A DNA stretch of 64,000 bases from an uncultured Candidatus Rokubacteria bacterium (GTDB lineage: Bacteria; Methylomirabilota; Methylomirabilia; Rokubacteriales; CSP1-6), in the NCBI GenBank assembly GCA_963789955.1, contig CAWBMV010000001.1, forward strand, positions 320,001 through 384,000, in the 5' to 3' direction. Positions 55,581-64,000 of the stretch are shown in pieces; position 1 is the first letter of the stretch; every line of letters starts with the position of its first letter. The notes under the pieces are model-generated. The model was not told the origin of the DNA. It did not search any database and saw only the letters and a program-made list of their open reading frames with translations. The translations under genes and the position numbers were made by a program.

Positions 55581-56908
55581 ATCCGGAGCTCCGCGACCTC
55601 GCCAAGCAGTACGCCCGCGCGCTCCAGGAATATGTCGCGGGACGCGGCGAGGCCGCGCTCCAGGAGGCCTGCGACATGGGTCGCAAGGCGCTCAGCGACG
55701 GCGTCGGCGTGCACGACATGGCGGCCATCCAGCATCGCGCCCTCCTGAAGTCGCTCATGCGCGTGCGAACGCGCGAGGAGAGCTCGAGCACGCTCCGTGC
55801 CGCGAGCCGGTTCATCGTCGAGAGCCTCCTGCCGTTCGAGATGTCCCATCGCCGGAGCCAGGAGGTCAACGCCGCCCTGCGCGAGTCAGAGGAGCGGTAC
55901 CGCAGCGTGGTCGACACCGCGCGCGACATCATCTTCACGCTCTCGCCCGACGGCCGGATCCTGTCGATGAATCCGGTCTTCGAGACGGTCACCGGCTGGT
56001 CGCGCACCGAGTGGATCGGCAAGGACTTCTTGCCGCTCGTGCATCCGGACGATCGGCCGCGCGCCGCCGAGATCTACCAGGCCGTGCTCAAGGGGCAGGT
56101 GCCGCCGCTCTTCGAGCTGGGCGTGCGCGCCAAATCCGGCTTTACCATCCCGGGCGAGTTCGTCGCCACGCCGCTGGCGCGCGGCTCGCGCATCGTCGGT
56201 GTGCTGGGCGTCGCGCGCGACATCACCGACCGCAAGCGCGCCGAGCGGGCGCTGCGCCACCTCAACGAAGCGCTGGAGCAAGAGGTCAAGCGGATCGCCC
56301 ACGCGCTGCACGACGAGGCCGGCCAGCTGCTGGCGTCCGTGCACATCGGCCTGGCCGACATCGCCCGTGATCTGCCGGCCCCCGCGGCGCGGCGTCTGGA
56401 GGACGTGCGCGGGCTCCTGGACAAGATCGAGGAGCAACTGCGCCACCTGTCGCACGAGTTGCGTCCGACGATCCTCGACGACCTGGGGCTCGGCCCCGCG
56501 CTCGAGTTCCTGGCCGACGGCGTCTCGAAGCGCACGGGCCTCGCGATCACGGTGGAGGGCTCGCCGGGCAAGCGGCTGCCGGCGCCGGCCGAGACCGCGC
56601 TCTATCGCATCGTCCAGGAGGCGCTGACCAACGTCACGAAGCATGCGCAGGCGACGCGCGTCTACATCAAGTTCATGCGGAATCGCCGCTTCCTGCGCGG
56701 TGTCATCCGCGACGACGGGGTCGGATTCGACGTGCCGGCCGTCCTGACCCGACGGGGCGAGCGCGGTCTCGGGCTCACCGGGATCCGCGAGCGGCTGCAC
56801 GCCGTCGGTGGAACCCTGGACATCATCGCCAGCCCGCGTGGCGGAACTCAATTGATCCTCACCGTACCGGTGGAGGCGGACAATGCCGAATCGGATTCTC
56901 CTCGCTGA
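55577..56908 (+). CDS. RsbU-N-domain / PAS / HisKA_3 histidine kinase
   Basis: N-terminal helical region YARALQEYV...MGRKAL..G; PAS (VHPDDR, RDITDRK); IAHALHDEAGQ, LRPTILDDLGL, QEALTNV.KHA, DDGVGF. Confidence 0.85.
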   Translation: MNPELRDLAKQYARALQEYVAGRGEAALQEACDMGRKALSDGVGVHDMAAIQHRALLKSLMRVRTREESSSTLRAASRFIVESLLPFEMSHRRSQEVNAALRESEERYRSVVDTARDIIFTLSPDGRILSMNPVFETVTGWSRTEWIGKDFLPLVHPDDRPRAAEIYQAVLKGQVPPLFELGVRAKSGFTIPGEFVATPLARGSRIVGVLGVARDITDRKRAERALRHLNEALEQEVKRIAHALHDEAGQLLASVHIGLADIARDLPAPAARRLEDVRGLLDKIEEQLRHLSHELRPTILDDLGLGPALEFLADGVSKRTGLAITVEGSPGKRLPAPAETALYRIVQEALTNVTKHAQATRVYIKFMRNRRFLRGVIRDDGVGFDVPAVLTRRGERGLGLTGIRERLHAVGGTLDIIASPRGGTQLILTVPVEADNAESDSPR

Positions 56909-57515
56909 CGACCACGCGATCGTCCGGCAGGGGCTCAAGGCTTTGCTGGAGCGCGAGGGCTTCGCGGTCGTCGCGGAGGCGGGCGACGGGCAGGAGGCGC
57001 TGCGCGAGGCCCGCGAGCGCTGCCCGGACGTCGCCGTCCTCGACTTCTCGATGCCGCTCCTGAACGGGCTCGACGCCGCGCGCGAGATCCTCAAGATCTG
57101 TCCGCGCGCGCGCGCCATCTTGCTCACGATGCACACCGACGATCACTACGTGCTCGAGGCAGTGCGCGCGGGCATCAAGGGCTACGTCGTCAAGACCCAG
57201 GCGTCGGCCGATCTGGTGCGCGCGATCAACGAGGTGCTGCGCGGCATGATGTACTTGAGCCCCGGCATCTCGCACGCCGTGGTCGAGGCCTACCTGGCCA
57301 AGTCGGAAATGCCGGCCGACCCGCTGACCTCGCGCGAGCGCGAAGTGCTCCAGCTGGTCGCGGAGGGCAAGTCGACGAAGGAGATCGCTCGTCTCCTCGG
57401 TATCAGCTTCAAGACCGCCGAGTCACACCGCACGCGGATCATGAAGAAGACCGACATCCACGAGACCGCGGGGCTCGTCCGCTACGCGGTGCGCCGGGGC
57501 CTGATCCAGCCCTGA
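56883..57515 (+). CDS. NarL/LuxR-family response regulator
   Basis: LADDH, LDFSMP, LTSREREVLQLVAEGKSTKEIA. Confidence 0.9.
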   Translation: MPNRILLADDHAIVRQGLKALLEREGFAVVAEAGDGQEALREARERCPDVAVLDFSMPLLNGLDAAREILKICPRARAILLTMHTDDHYVLEAVRAGIKGYVVKTQASADLVRAINEVLRGMMYLSPGISHAVVEAYLAKSEMPADPLTSREREVLQLVAEGKSTKEIARLLGISFKTAESHRTRIMKKTDIHETAGLVRYAVRRGLIQP

Positions 57516-57620
57516 GCGGGCGGCGGCGGGGGTCTGCCCCGCCGCGCCGGGTAATTACCGCCCCCCATATGCGGCGGTTGCCGGATTTGCGTCCTCGGCC
57601 AAGTCCTTAGACTTCCTCTT

Positions 57621-58253
57621 ATGGCCACGCGCGTACTGCTGGCGGACGACCACACGATCGTGCGACAGGGTCTGCGGCTCTTGCTGCAACGCGAGGGATT
57701 CGAGGTGGTGGGCGAGGCGGCCAACGGCGCCGAGGCGGTCCGCCTGGCCACCGAGACCACGCCCGACGTCGTCGTGCTCGACTACGGCATGCCGCTCATG
57801 AACGGCCTCACCGCCGCCCGCGAGATCATGGCGGTCTGCCCGCGCGCCAAGCTGATCTTGTTGACGATGCACTCGGACGATCGGTACGTGCTCGAGGCCG
57901 TGCGCCTGGGCGTCAAGGGCTATGTCGTCAAGAGCCAGGCGCCGACGGATCTGGTGCGGGCGATCCACGAAGTGCTCAACGGCATGATGTACCTGAGCCC
58001 GCGCGTCTCGCGGACGGTGGTCCAGGCGTACCTCGCGAAGTCCGAGCTGCCCCCCGATCCGCTCACGCCGCGTGAGCGCGAGGTCTTGCAGCTGGTCGCG
58101 GCCGGGAAGACCACGAAGGAAGTCGCCGAGCTGCTCGGGATCAGCGTGAAGACCGCGGAGTCCCATCGCACGCACATCATGCAGAAGCTCGACACGTCGA
58201 ACACCGCCGGCGTCGTCCGCTACGCGATCCGCCAGGGTCTGATCCAGGTCTGA
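57621..58253 (+). CDS. NarL/LuxR-family response regulator (tandem paralogue)
   Basis: Highly similar to the preceding gene; LTPREREVLQLVAAGKTTKEVA. Confidence 0.9.
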   Translation: MATRVLLADDHTIVRQGLRLLLQREGFEVVGEAANGAEAVRLATETTPDVVVLDYGMPLMNGLTAAREIMAVCPRAKLILLTMHSDDRYVLEAVRLGVKGYVVKSQAPTDLVRAIHEVLNGMMYLSPRVSRTVVQAYLAKSELPPDPLTPREREVLQLVAAGKTTKEVAELLGISVKTAESHRTHIMQKLDTSNTAGVVRYAIRQGLIQV

Positions 58254-58553
58254 GCGCCGCGCCGCGGCGCGTTCCGTCGTCACACCGCCGTCCGTCACAC
58301 CGCCGTCACATTCTGAACGCATCAAACTCCTCGAGCGCCCTCGAAGTTCCCGGTGCACGCTCGGCGTAAAGGCCTGACCGCTCTCTGCGGGATTTTCCGA
58401 ATGGGCATTCGGGGGTTCGGCGCATTGAGGCGCAGGACCGCAGATCGTACCGTCGTATGTGTGGCTCACGACGTCACGCCCGAAGGACGCCGGTCGCTGA
58501 AGGTTCACGAAATCGCACGGCGCTCACCAGATCACGAAAGGGGACGAATCATC

Positions 58554-59198
58554 ATGATTTTGTACAAGCCCATCGTCGCCTCGATCGTCATGTCGCTGAT
58601 GATCGCCGGCCTCGCGGCCGCGCAGGACCCGGCGAAGCGAGCGCCCGCGCCGGCCGCCGCGGCGGCGCCCACCAACGCCGCTCCGGCGCCGGCCGCGCCC
58701 GCCAACGGCGCGCCCGTGGGCGCGGATTACAAGATCGGCATCGACGACGTGCTCGACATCGCCGTCTGGAACAACACGACGGTGAGCCGCACCGTGCCGG
58801 TCCGGCCCGACGGCAGGATCTCCTTGCCGCTGCTGAACGAGGTGCAGGCGGCCGGGCTCACCCCGTCGCAGCTGCGCGCCTCGCTCATGGCCAAGCTGGT
58901 CGAGTACATGCCGACGCCCGAGGTGTCCGTCATCGTGCGCGAGGTGCACAGCAACAAGATCTCGGTGCTCGGCGAGGTCAGGAAGGCCGGCCGCTACGAG
59001 ATCAGCCAGCGCGCGACGGTGCTCGACGCGGTGGCGCTCGCCGGTGGATTCAACGATTTCGCCCGGCGCACCAAGCTCGTGATCATGCGGCAAGAGGGCA
59101 CCGGGACCAAGCGGATCCCGATCAACTACAACCGCATCGTCGCCGAGGAAGAGGACAACGTGATCCTGCAGCCCGGCGACATCGTGGTGGTGCCGTGA
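58554..59198 (+). CDS. Polysaccharide export protein (Wza/Poly_export + SLBB)
   Basis: YKIGIDDVLDIAVW, VRPDGRISLPL, VLGEV, ALAGG, LQPGDIVVVP. Confidence 0.9.
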   Translation: MILYKPIVASIVMSLMIAGLAAAQDPAKRAPAPAAAAAPTNAAPAPAAPANGAPVGADYKIGIDDVLDIAVWNNTTVSRTVPVRPDGRISLPLLNEVQAAGLTPSQLRASLMAKLVEYMPTPEVSVIVREVHSNKISVLGEVRKAGRYEISQRATVLDAVALAGGFNDFARRTKLVIMRQEGTGTKRIPINYNRIVAEEEDNVILQPGDIVVVP

Positions 59199-60712
59199 AC
59201 CTGGCCGCGTTCTCCGCGATCTGGGCTCGTCGGAAGTACCTCGCCCTCGGCGTCCTGGCCGCGACCCTGGCGGCGGCGCTGACGGTCGTCCTGGCCATGC
59301 CCGGCATCTATCGCGCGACCGCCACGGTGCTCGTCGCCCGGCCGGAGATGACGAGCTCGCCGTCGCGCGCCGCGCTCACCGGCGAGCTCGAGGCGCGGTT
59401 GAACCGAATCGGTGAGGAGATCCTGAGCCGCTCCCGGCTCGAGCAGCTCCTGAATCGCTATGACCTCTACGGTCCGCACACCAAGGACGACATGGAGCAG
59501 AGCGTGACGCGCTTCCGCCGTGACGTCCGGGTCGACATGAAGGGCATCGATCCGGTGCAGGGGCGGGGCACCACGATCGCCTTCACCATCACCGTCCGCG
59601 GGCGGGATCCGAAGATGGTGGCGGATGTCGCCAACGAGCTGGCGGCGTTCTACGTAGCGGAGAACTCCACCATCCGTGAGCGGCGCGCCAACGAATCGCT
59701 GCAGGACGTGAAGCGCGAGGTGGACGACGCGCAAGCACGACTCGACGAGCAGGATCGTCGCACCAACGAGTTCAAGCGCCGCAACATGGGCCAGCTCCCC
59801 GAGCAGGTGGCCGCCAACCTGTCGATGCTCGAGCGGCTCAACGCCCAGCTGGCGCTCAACAACCACAACCAGGTCGTTACCATGGAGCGGCGCACCGCGA
59901 TGCGGCGTCCCGGCGACTCGGAGATGCAGGTCGCGGCCTCGCCCGAAGAGGCGCTGCACATGCGCCTCAATCAGCTGAACTTCGACCTCGCGAAGCTCCA
60001 GCGCACCTACAGCGACAAGTATCCGGACGTGATCTTGACGAAGCAGGAGATCGAGAACACCAAGAAGCAGCTCGCGGAGCTCGGCCCGAGCGCCGGAAAG
60101 TCCTCCGCGCCGAAAGCGGCGGCGCCCCCTCGCGCCATGGACAGCGAGCTGGCCGGGCTGAAAGCCGAGGATCAGCGGCTGCGGCAGATGATCGCCGCCT
60201 ACCAGAGCCGGGTCGAGATCGCGCCCGAGCGTGAGCAAGAGCTGCAGCAGCTCTCGCGCGACTACCGCGCGAGCCGCGAGATCTCCGATGCGGCGCTCAA
60301 GCGGTACCACGATGCGCAGGCCGCCGTCGATGTCGAGCGCCGGCGCGCCCGCGAGGAGTTCCAGGTGCTGGAGTCGGCGGTTGCGCCGCGCGAGCCGGCA
60401 GCGCCCAATCGTCCCAAGCTCGTGCTGCTCGGCGTGGCGCTGGCGTGCGCGGCGACCGCCGCGATCGTGATGCTGGCCGAGCAGCTCGACACCTCGTTCC
60501 ACGGCGTCGACGACCTGCGGTCGTTCAGCAAGCTGCCGGTGCTGGTCACGATTCCCGAGATCACGACCCGCGCCGATCGGACGCGGCGGCGCTGGCGCTG
60601 GCGGCTGGCCGCCGGCGCGGGCGTGGTCGGTCTCTTTCTCGTCATCGGCATCGCCTATGTCGGCGCGCACAACGATCTGCTGATCACACTGCTGACGCGA
60701 ACCGGATCCTGA
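59195..60712 (+). CDS. Polysaccharide chain-length determinant (GumC/Wzc periplasmic part)
   Basis: N-terminal TM, ILSRSRLE, YSDKYPDV, coiled coils, P..PNRPK plus C-terminal TMs. Confidence 0.85.
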   Translation: MNLAAFSAIWARRKYLALGVLAATLAAALTVVLAMPGIYRATATVLVARPEMTSSPSRAALTGELEARLNRIGEEILSRSRLEQLLNRYDLYGPHTKDDMEQSVTRFRRDVRVDMKGIDPVQGRGTTIAFTITVRGRDPKMVADVANELAAFYVAENSTIRERRANESLQDVKREVDDAQARLDEQDRRTNEFKRRNMGQLPEQVAANLSMLERLNAQLALNNHNQVVTMERRTAMRRPGDSEMQVAASPEEALHMRLNQLNFDLAKLQRTYSDKYPDVILTKQEIENTKKQLAELGPSAGKSSAPKAAAPPRAMDSELAGLKAEDQRLRQMIAAYQSRVEIAPEREQELQQLSRDYRASREISDAALKRYHDAQAAVDVERRRAREEFQVLESAVAPREPAAPNRPKLVLLGVALACAATAAIVMLAEQLDTSFHGVDDLRSFSKLPVLVTIPEITTRADRTRRRWRWRLAAGAGVVGLFLVIGIAYVGAHNDLLITLLTRTGS

Positions 60713-60722
60713 GGACACGACC

Positions 60723-61709
60723 ATGTACTTGAAGTTCTTCGGACTGCTGGAAAAGCCCTTCAACGCGACGCCGGACCCCCGGTTCCTCTACATGAGCCCG
60801 GGCCACCGCGAGGCGCTCGCCCAGCTCCACTACGGAACCCAGGAGCGCAAAGGCTTCATCGTGCTGACCGGGAAGGTGGGGACCGGCAAGACGACCTTGC
60901 TCCACGCCCTGCGTCAGCGGCTCGACGGCAACACGGCGGTCTCCTTCATCTTCAACTCGACCCTGCCGTTCGACGACATGCTCGAGTACGTCCTGGCGGA
61001 CCTCGGGATCGCCAAGCGCGAAGAGTCGCGCGCGCAGCGCATCATGGCGTTCAACAACTTCCTGATCGAGCGCGAGCGCGCCCGCCAGAACACGGTCCTC
61101 ATCATCGACGAAGCGCAGAACCTGTCGCCGGAGACGATGGAGCAGGTCCGCCTGCTCTCCAACTTCGAGACGGCGACGACCAAGCTTTTACAGATCCTTC
61201 TGGTCGGACAGCCGGAGCTCAAGGCCAAGCTCGACCTCCCCGAGCTCAGACAGCTCAAGCAGCGCGTCGGTCTGCGGTGTCAGATCCCGCCGTTGACCGT
61301 CGAGGAGGCTCGCCAGTACATCCGGAACCGGCTGCGCATCGCGGGGGCGCGCGATCTGGGGATCTTCACGGACTCGGCGATCGAGCGGATGACCGAGTAC
61401 TCCGGCGGCATCCCGCGGGTCATCAACATTCTCGGCGACCACTGCCTCCTCTTCGGGTACGCCGACCAGACGCGCAAGATCGACCGTTCGTCGGTCAGCG
61501 AGGCGATCGAGTACCTCGAGGAAGGCATGCCGACGCAGCGGAAGATCCTGTCGATCAACCGGGTGATTCCGCGGCGGCGCTCGCAGTGGTTCGTCAAGAC
61601 CTCGGTGGTTGCACTGGCAGTCGCGGCGACAGGGCTCGTTCTCAGCCTCGACGCCGGCGTGGGTGTGGTGAATATCTTCGAGACGCTCCGACGGGCGGTG
61701 ATGCCATGA
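60723..61709 (+). CDS. ExeA-type AAA ATPase (EPS/PEP-CTERM-locus type)
   Basis: PF.ATPDPRFLY, GKVGTGKT, IIDEAQNL, LVGQPEL, SGGIPRVIN. Confidence 0.85.
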   Translation: MYLKFFGLLEKPFNATPDPRFLYMSPGHREALAQLHYGTQERKGFIVLTGKVGTGKTTLLHALRQRLDGNTAVSFIFNSTLPFDDMLEYVLADLGIAKREESRAQRIMAFNNFLIERERARQNTVLIIDEAQNLSPETMEQVRLLSNFETATTKLLQILLVGQPELKAKLDLPELRQLKQRVGLRCQIPPLTVEEARQYIRNRLRIAGARDLGIFTDSAIERMTEYSGGIPRVINILGDHCLLFGYADQTRKIDRSSVSEAIEYLEEGMPTQRKILSINRVIPRRRSQWFVKTSVVALAVAATGLVLSLDAGVGVVNIFETLRRAVMP

Positions 61710-62772
61710 GCAAGTTCTTCAAGGCGCTCGAGCAGGCCGAGCGAGACAGCGCACAGCAGGAATCGCCGGAGGCCCCGCAGGCCACAGCCGAGGCCGTGGC
61801 CGAGGCGGCGGCGAAACGGCGGCTGAAACGGTGAGCGAGCGGGCTCCCGTCGTCACCCGTTGGCCCGAGCCGGAGAAGGAGCAGCCGCCGGTCTTCACGC
61901 CTCCGACGCCGCGCGCCGTGAGTCAGGTCATCGACCCCCCGCGGCGGGTTGTCGATGCGCCGGGCCCGGTGTTCGAGCCCCCGCGCCCTTCGGTCGACGC
62001 CCGCCGCCCGGTCTTCGAAGCTCCGCGCCCGGTTGTCCAGAAGCCGCGAATCGCGACCGCGTTGCTCGACGAGCACCTGGTGAGCCTGCAGGCGCCGTCC
62101 ACGGCCGCGGCCGAGCAGTACCGCGTGCTTCGCCACCTCGTGGAGACGTTGCGCAAGCGCGCCAGTCTGCAAGTGCTCGGCGTCACGAGCCCCGGCGTCG
62201 GTGACGGCAAGACCGTCACGGCGATCAACCTGGCCGGCGCGCTCTCGCAATCGGACGACGCACGCGTGCTCCTGATCGACATGGACCTGCGGCGTCCCGC
62301 GATCGCGCGCTACCTCGCGATCGCCCAGGCCCGGCCGACCTTGGCCGATGCGCTGGGCACTCCGGGGCTGGCGCTCAAGGACGCCGTGATCGAGCTACCC
62401 CGCTTCAATCTTTCGGTGCTGCAAGCACCGGTGTCGGCCGCCTCGCCGTACGAGCTCTTGCGATCGCCCAAGCTCGAGGCGCTCCTGGCCGAGGCGCGGC
62501 AGCAATACGACTACGTCGTGCTCGACACGCCGCCGTTCGTTCCGTTCCCGGACTGCCGGCTGATCGCAAAGTCCGTCGATGGATTCGTCCTGGTGGTCGC
62601 GTCCAATCGAACGCCGCGCGGTGTCCTGGCGGAGGCGCTCAAGGCCATGGACCCGGAGAAGGCGGTGGGCTACGTGTTCAACGCCCATCGCTCGCGCCCG
62701 ACTCCGGAGTACGAGGACGCCAACGGTCACGGCCGGACGCTCGGTTGGCGGCACAAAGGAGAGACTTCGTGA
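61706..62772 (+). CDS. CpsD/CapB-family tyrosine kinase with Pro-rich linker (indel near 61830)
   Basis: MSKFFKALEQA; AEQYR; SPGVGDGKT; DMDLRRP; VLDTPP. Confidence 0.85.
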
Positions 62773-63752
62773 ACGTTGTCGCCATTGGCGGCGGGACCGG
62801 GCTCCCGGTTGTCCTCACGGCGCTGCGCCGTCATCTGGCGGCGAGCGACCACATCGCGGCGGTCGTGACGGCCGCCGACGACGGAGGCAGCTCGGGAGCC
62901 CTGCGGAAAGAGTACGGCGTCATTCCGCCGGGAGACATCCGCAATTGTCTCCTGGCACTGGCCCGCGTGGCACCCGAGGTGTCGGCGGCTCTCCAGTACC
63001 GGTTCGACGGCGGCGACGCCCAGCACCCCGTCGGCAATCTCCTGTTGGCGGCGCTCGACATGGTCGCCACCGACGGGCTGACGGCGATCAAGCTGGCCGC
63101 CGAGCTCCTGGGCGTGGACGATCTCGTCCTGCCCTCCACGACTGAGCGCGTACACCTGGTCGCCGACCTCGCGGACGGGCGGTGCGTGTACGGCGAGTCG
63201 TCGATTCCGCGAAGCGGCGCGGCGATCAAGCGCGTTCGCATCGATCCGGCCACGGCCACGGCGACGCCCATCGTGCTGGAGGCCCTGCGCGAGGCTGACA
63301 TGATCATCCTCGGCCCCGGCAGCCTCTACACGAGCCTGCTCGCCACGCTCGTCGTCCCCGGCGTCGCCGAGGCGGTGACGAGCTCGTCCGCGGTGCGGAT
63401 CTTCGTCAGCAACGCCATGACCGAGCCCGGCGAGACCGACGGGTACGGAACCGCCGAGCATCTCCAGGCGCTCGCCGCGCACGGTCTGCCGCTCAGCAAG
63501 CTCCACTACGTCGTGACACCGACCACGACGATCCCGGCCAAAGTCCTCGGACGCTACGCCTCCGAGGGCGCGGTGCCGGTGGATGCCGATTTCATGCTGC
63601 CCAGCCAGGGCCCGGTGACGGTTCGCGCCGACGTCCTCGAGCTCGGACCGGTCGTGCGGCACGACCCCGACAAGCTGGGGCCCGTTCTGCGCGATCTGGC
63701 GACGCGCCGTTGCCACACCGTCCGGACGTCACAGGTCGCCGCCGGGGTATGA
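62769..63752 (+). CDS. YvcK/CofD (UPF0052) family protein
   Basis: IGGGTG, DDGGSSG, PPGDIRN, GPGSLYTS, PGETDG, RHDP. Confidence 0.9.
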   Translation: MNVVAIGGGTGLPVVLTALRRHLAASDHIAAVVTAADDGGSSGALRKEYGVIPPGDIRNCLLALARVAPEVSAALQYRFDGGDAQHPVGNLLLAALDMVATDGLTAIKLAAELLGVDDLVLPSTTERVHLVADLADGRCVYGESSIPRSGAAIKRVRIDPATATATPIVLEALREADMIILGPGSLYTSLLATLVVPGVAEAVTSSSAVRIFVSNAMTEPGETDGYGTAEHLQALAAHGLPLSKLHYVVTPTTTIPAKVLGRYASEGAVPVDADFMLPSQGPVTVRADVLELGPVVRHDPDKLGPVLRDLATRRCHTVRTSQVAAGV

Positions 63753-64000
63753 ACGTGATGGCGGTGGCTCACCAGCTCCTTCCGGAGATGCGGCTCGGCG
63801 AGGGCGCGCTGTACGCGTGCCTCCTGGTCCTGGCGTTTCTGGTCGGCTCCCGAGCCTACGGCGGTGTGCGTCACTTTCGCGGTCGCGGCGAGCGGCTGCT
63901 CATCGTCGGCACGAGCCCGCTCACGCGCCGGGTCGTCGAAACGATCGCGCGGCATCCCCGTCGATACAAGCTCGTCGGCATGGTCGAGGACGGGATCGAC
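63749..64000 (+). CDS. Probable priming sugar transferase N-terminus (partial)
   Basis: Hydrophobic start, then RERLLIVGT...YKLVGMVED (CoA-binding-like domain of polyprenyl-phosphate glycosyltransferases); runs off the window. Confidence 0.55.
   Translation, partial: MNVMAVAHQLLPEMRLGEGALYACLLVLAFLVGSRAYGGVRHFRGRGERLLIVGTSPLTRRVVETIARHPRRYKLVGMVEDGID

Overview
This is a GC-rich bacterial chromosome segment. Gene repertoire and style (PF04392-type ABC substrate-binding protein, many ABC systems, small sigma-54-driven ORFs) suggest a Candidatus Rokubacteria/Methylomirabilota-like soil organism; this is an inference. Dozens of 1-bp indels split otherwise intact genes, which points to an unpolished long-read consensus, so genes are reported as joined CDSs. 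From left to right the window holds: methylamine/betaine-type oxidoreductases; two phosphonate ABC importers; an integron-type gene-cassette array with attC sites but no integrase (13.6-17.3 kb); a sigma-54 triuret/biuret utilisation operon (trtA, biuH, ABC); a sugar-type ABC system; a sigma-54 two-component locus; RND genes; leuCD-like genes; an accessory block of secreted hydrolases; and a stressosome (rsbS/T/X, broken rsbR) wired to a two-component system next to an exopolysaccharide export cluster. The best candidate for an undescribed system is at 31.6-35.6 kb. There, a 7-TM histidine kinase and an NtrC-family regulator are transcribed divergently from a small secreted precursor with five tandem (E/Q)D(I/L/V)QAPR peptides. 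Back-to-back sigma-54 promoters and a repeated GTTYC-N5-GRAAC enhancer motif lie between them. The architecture resembles a peptide quorum-sensing or autoinduction circuit.
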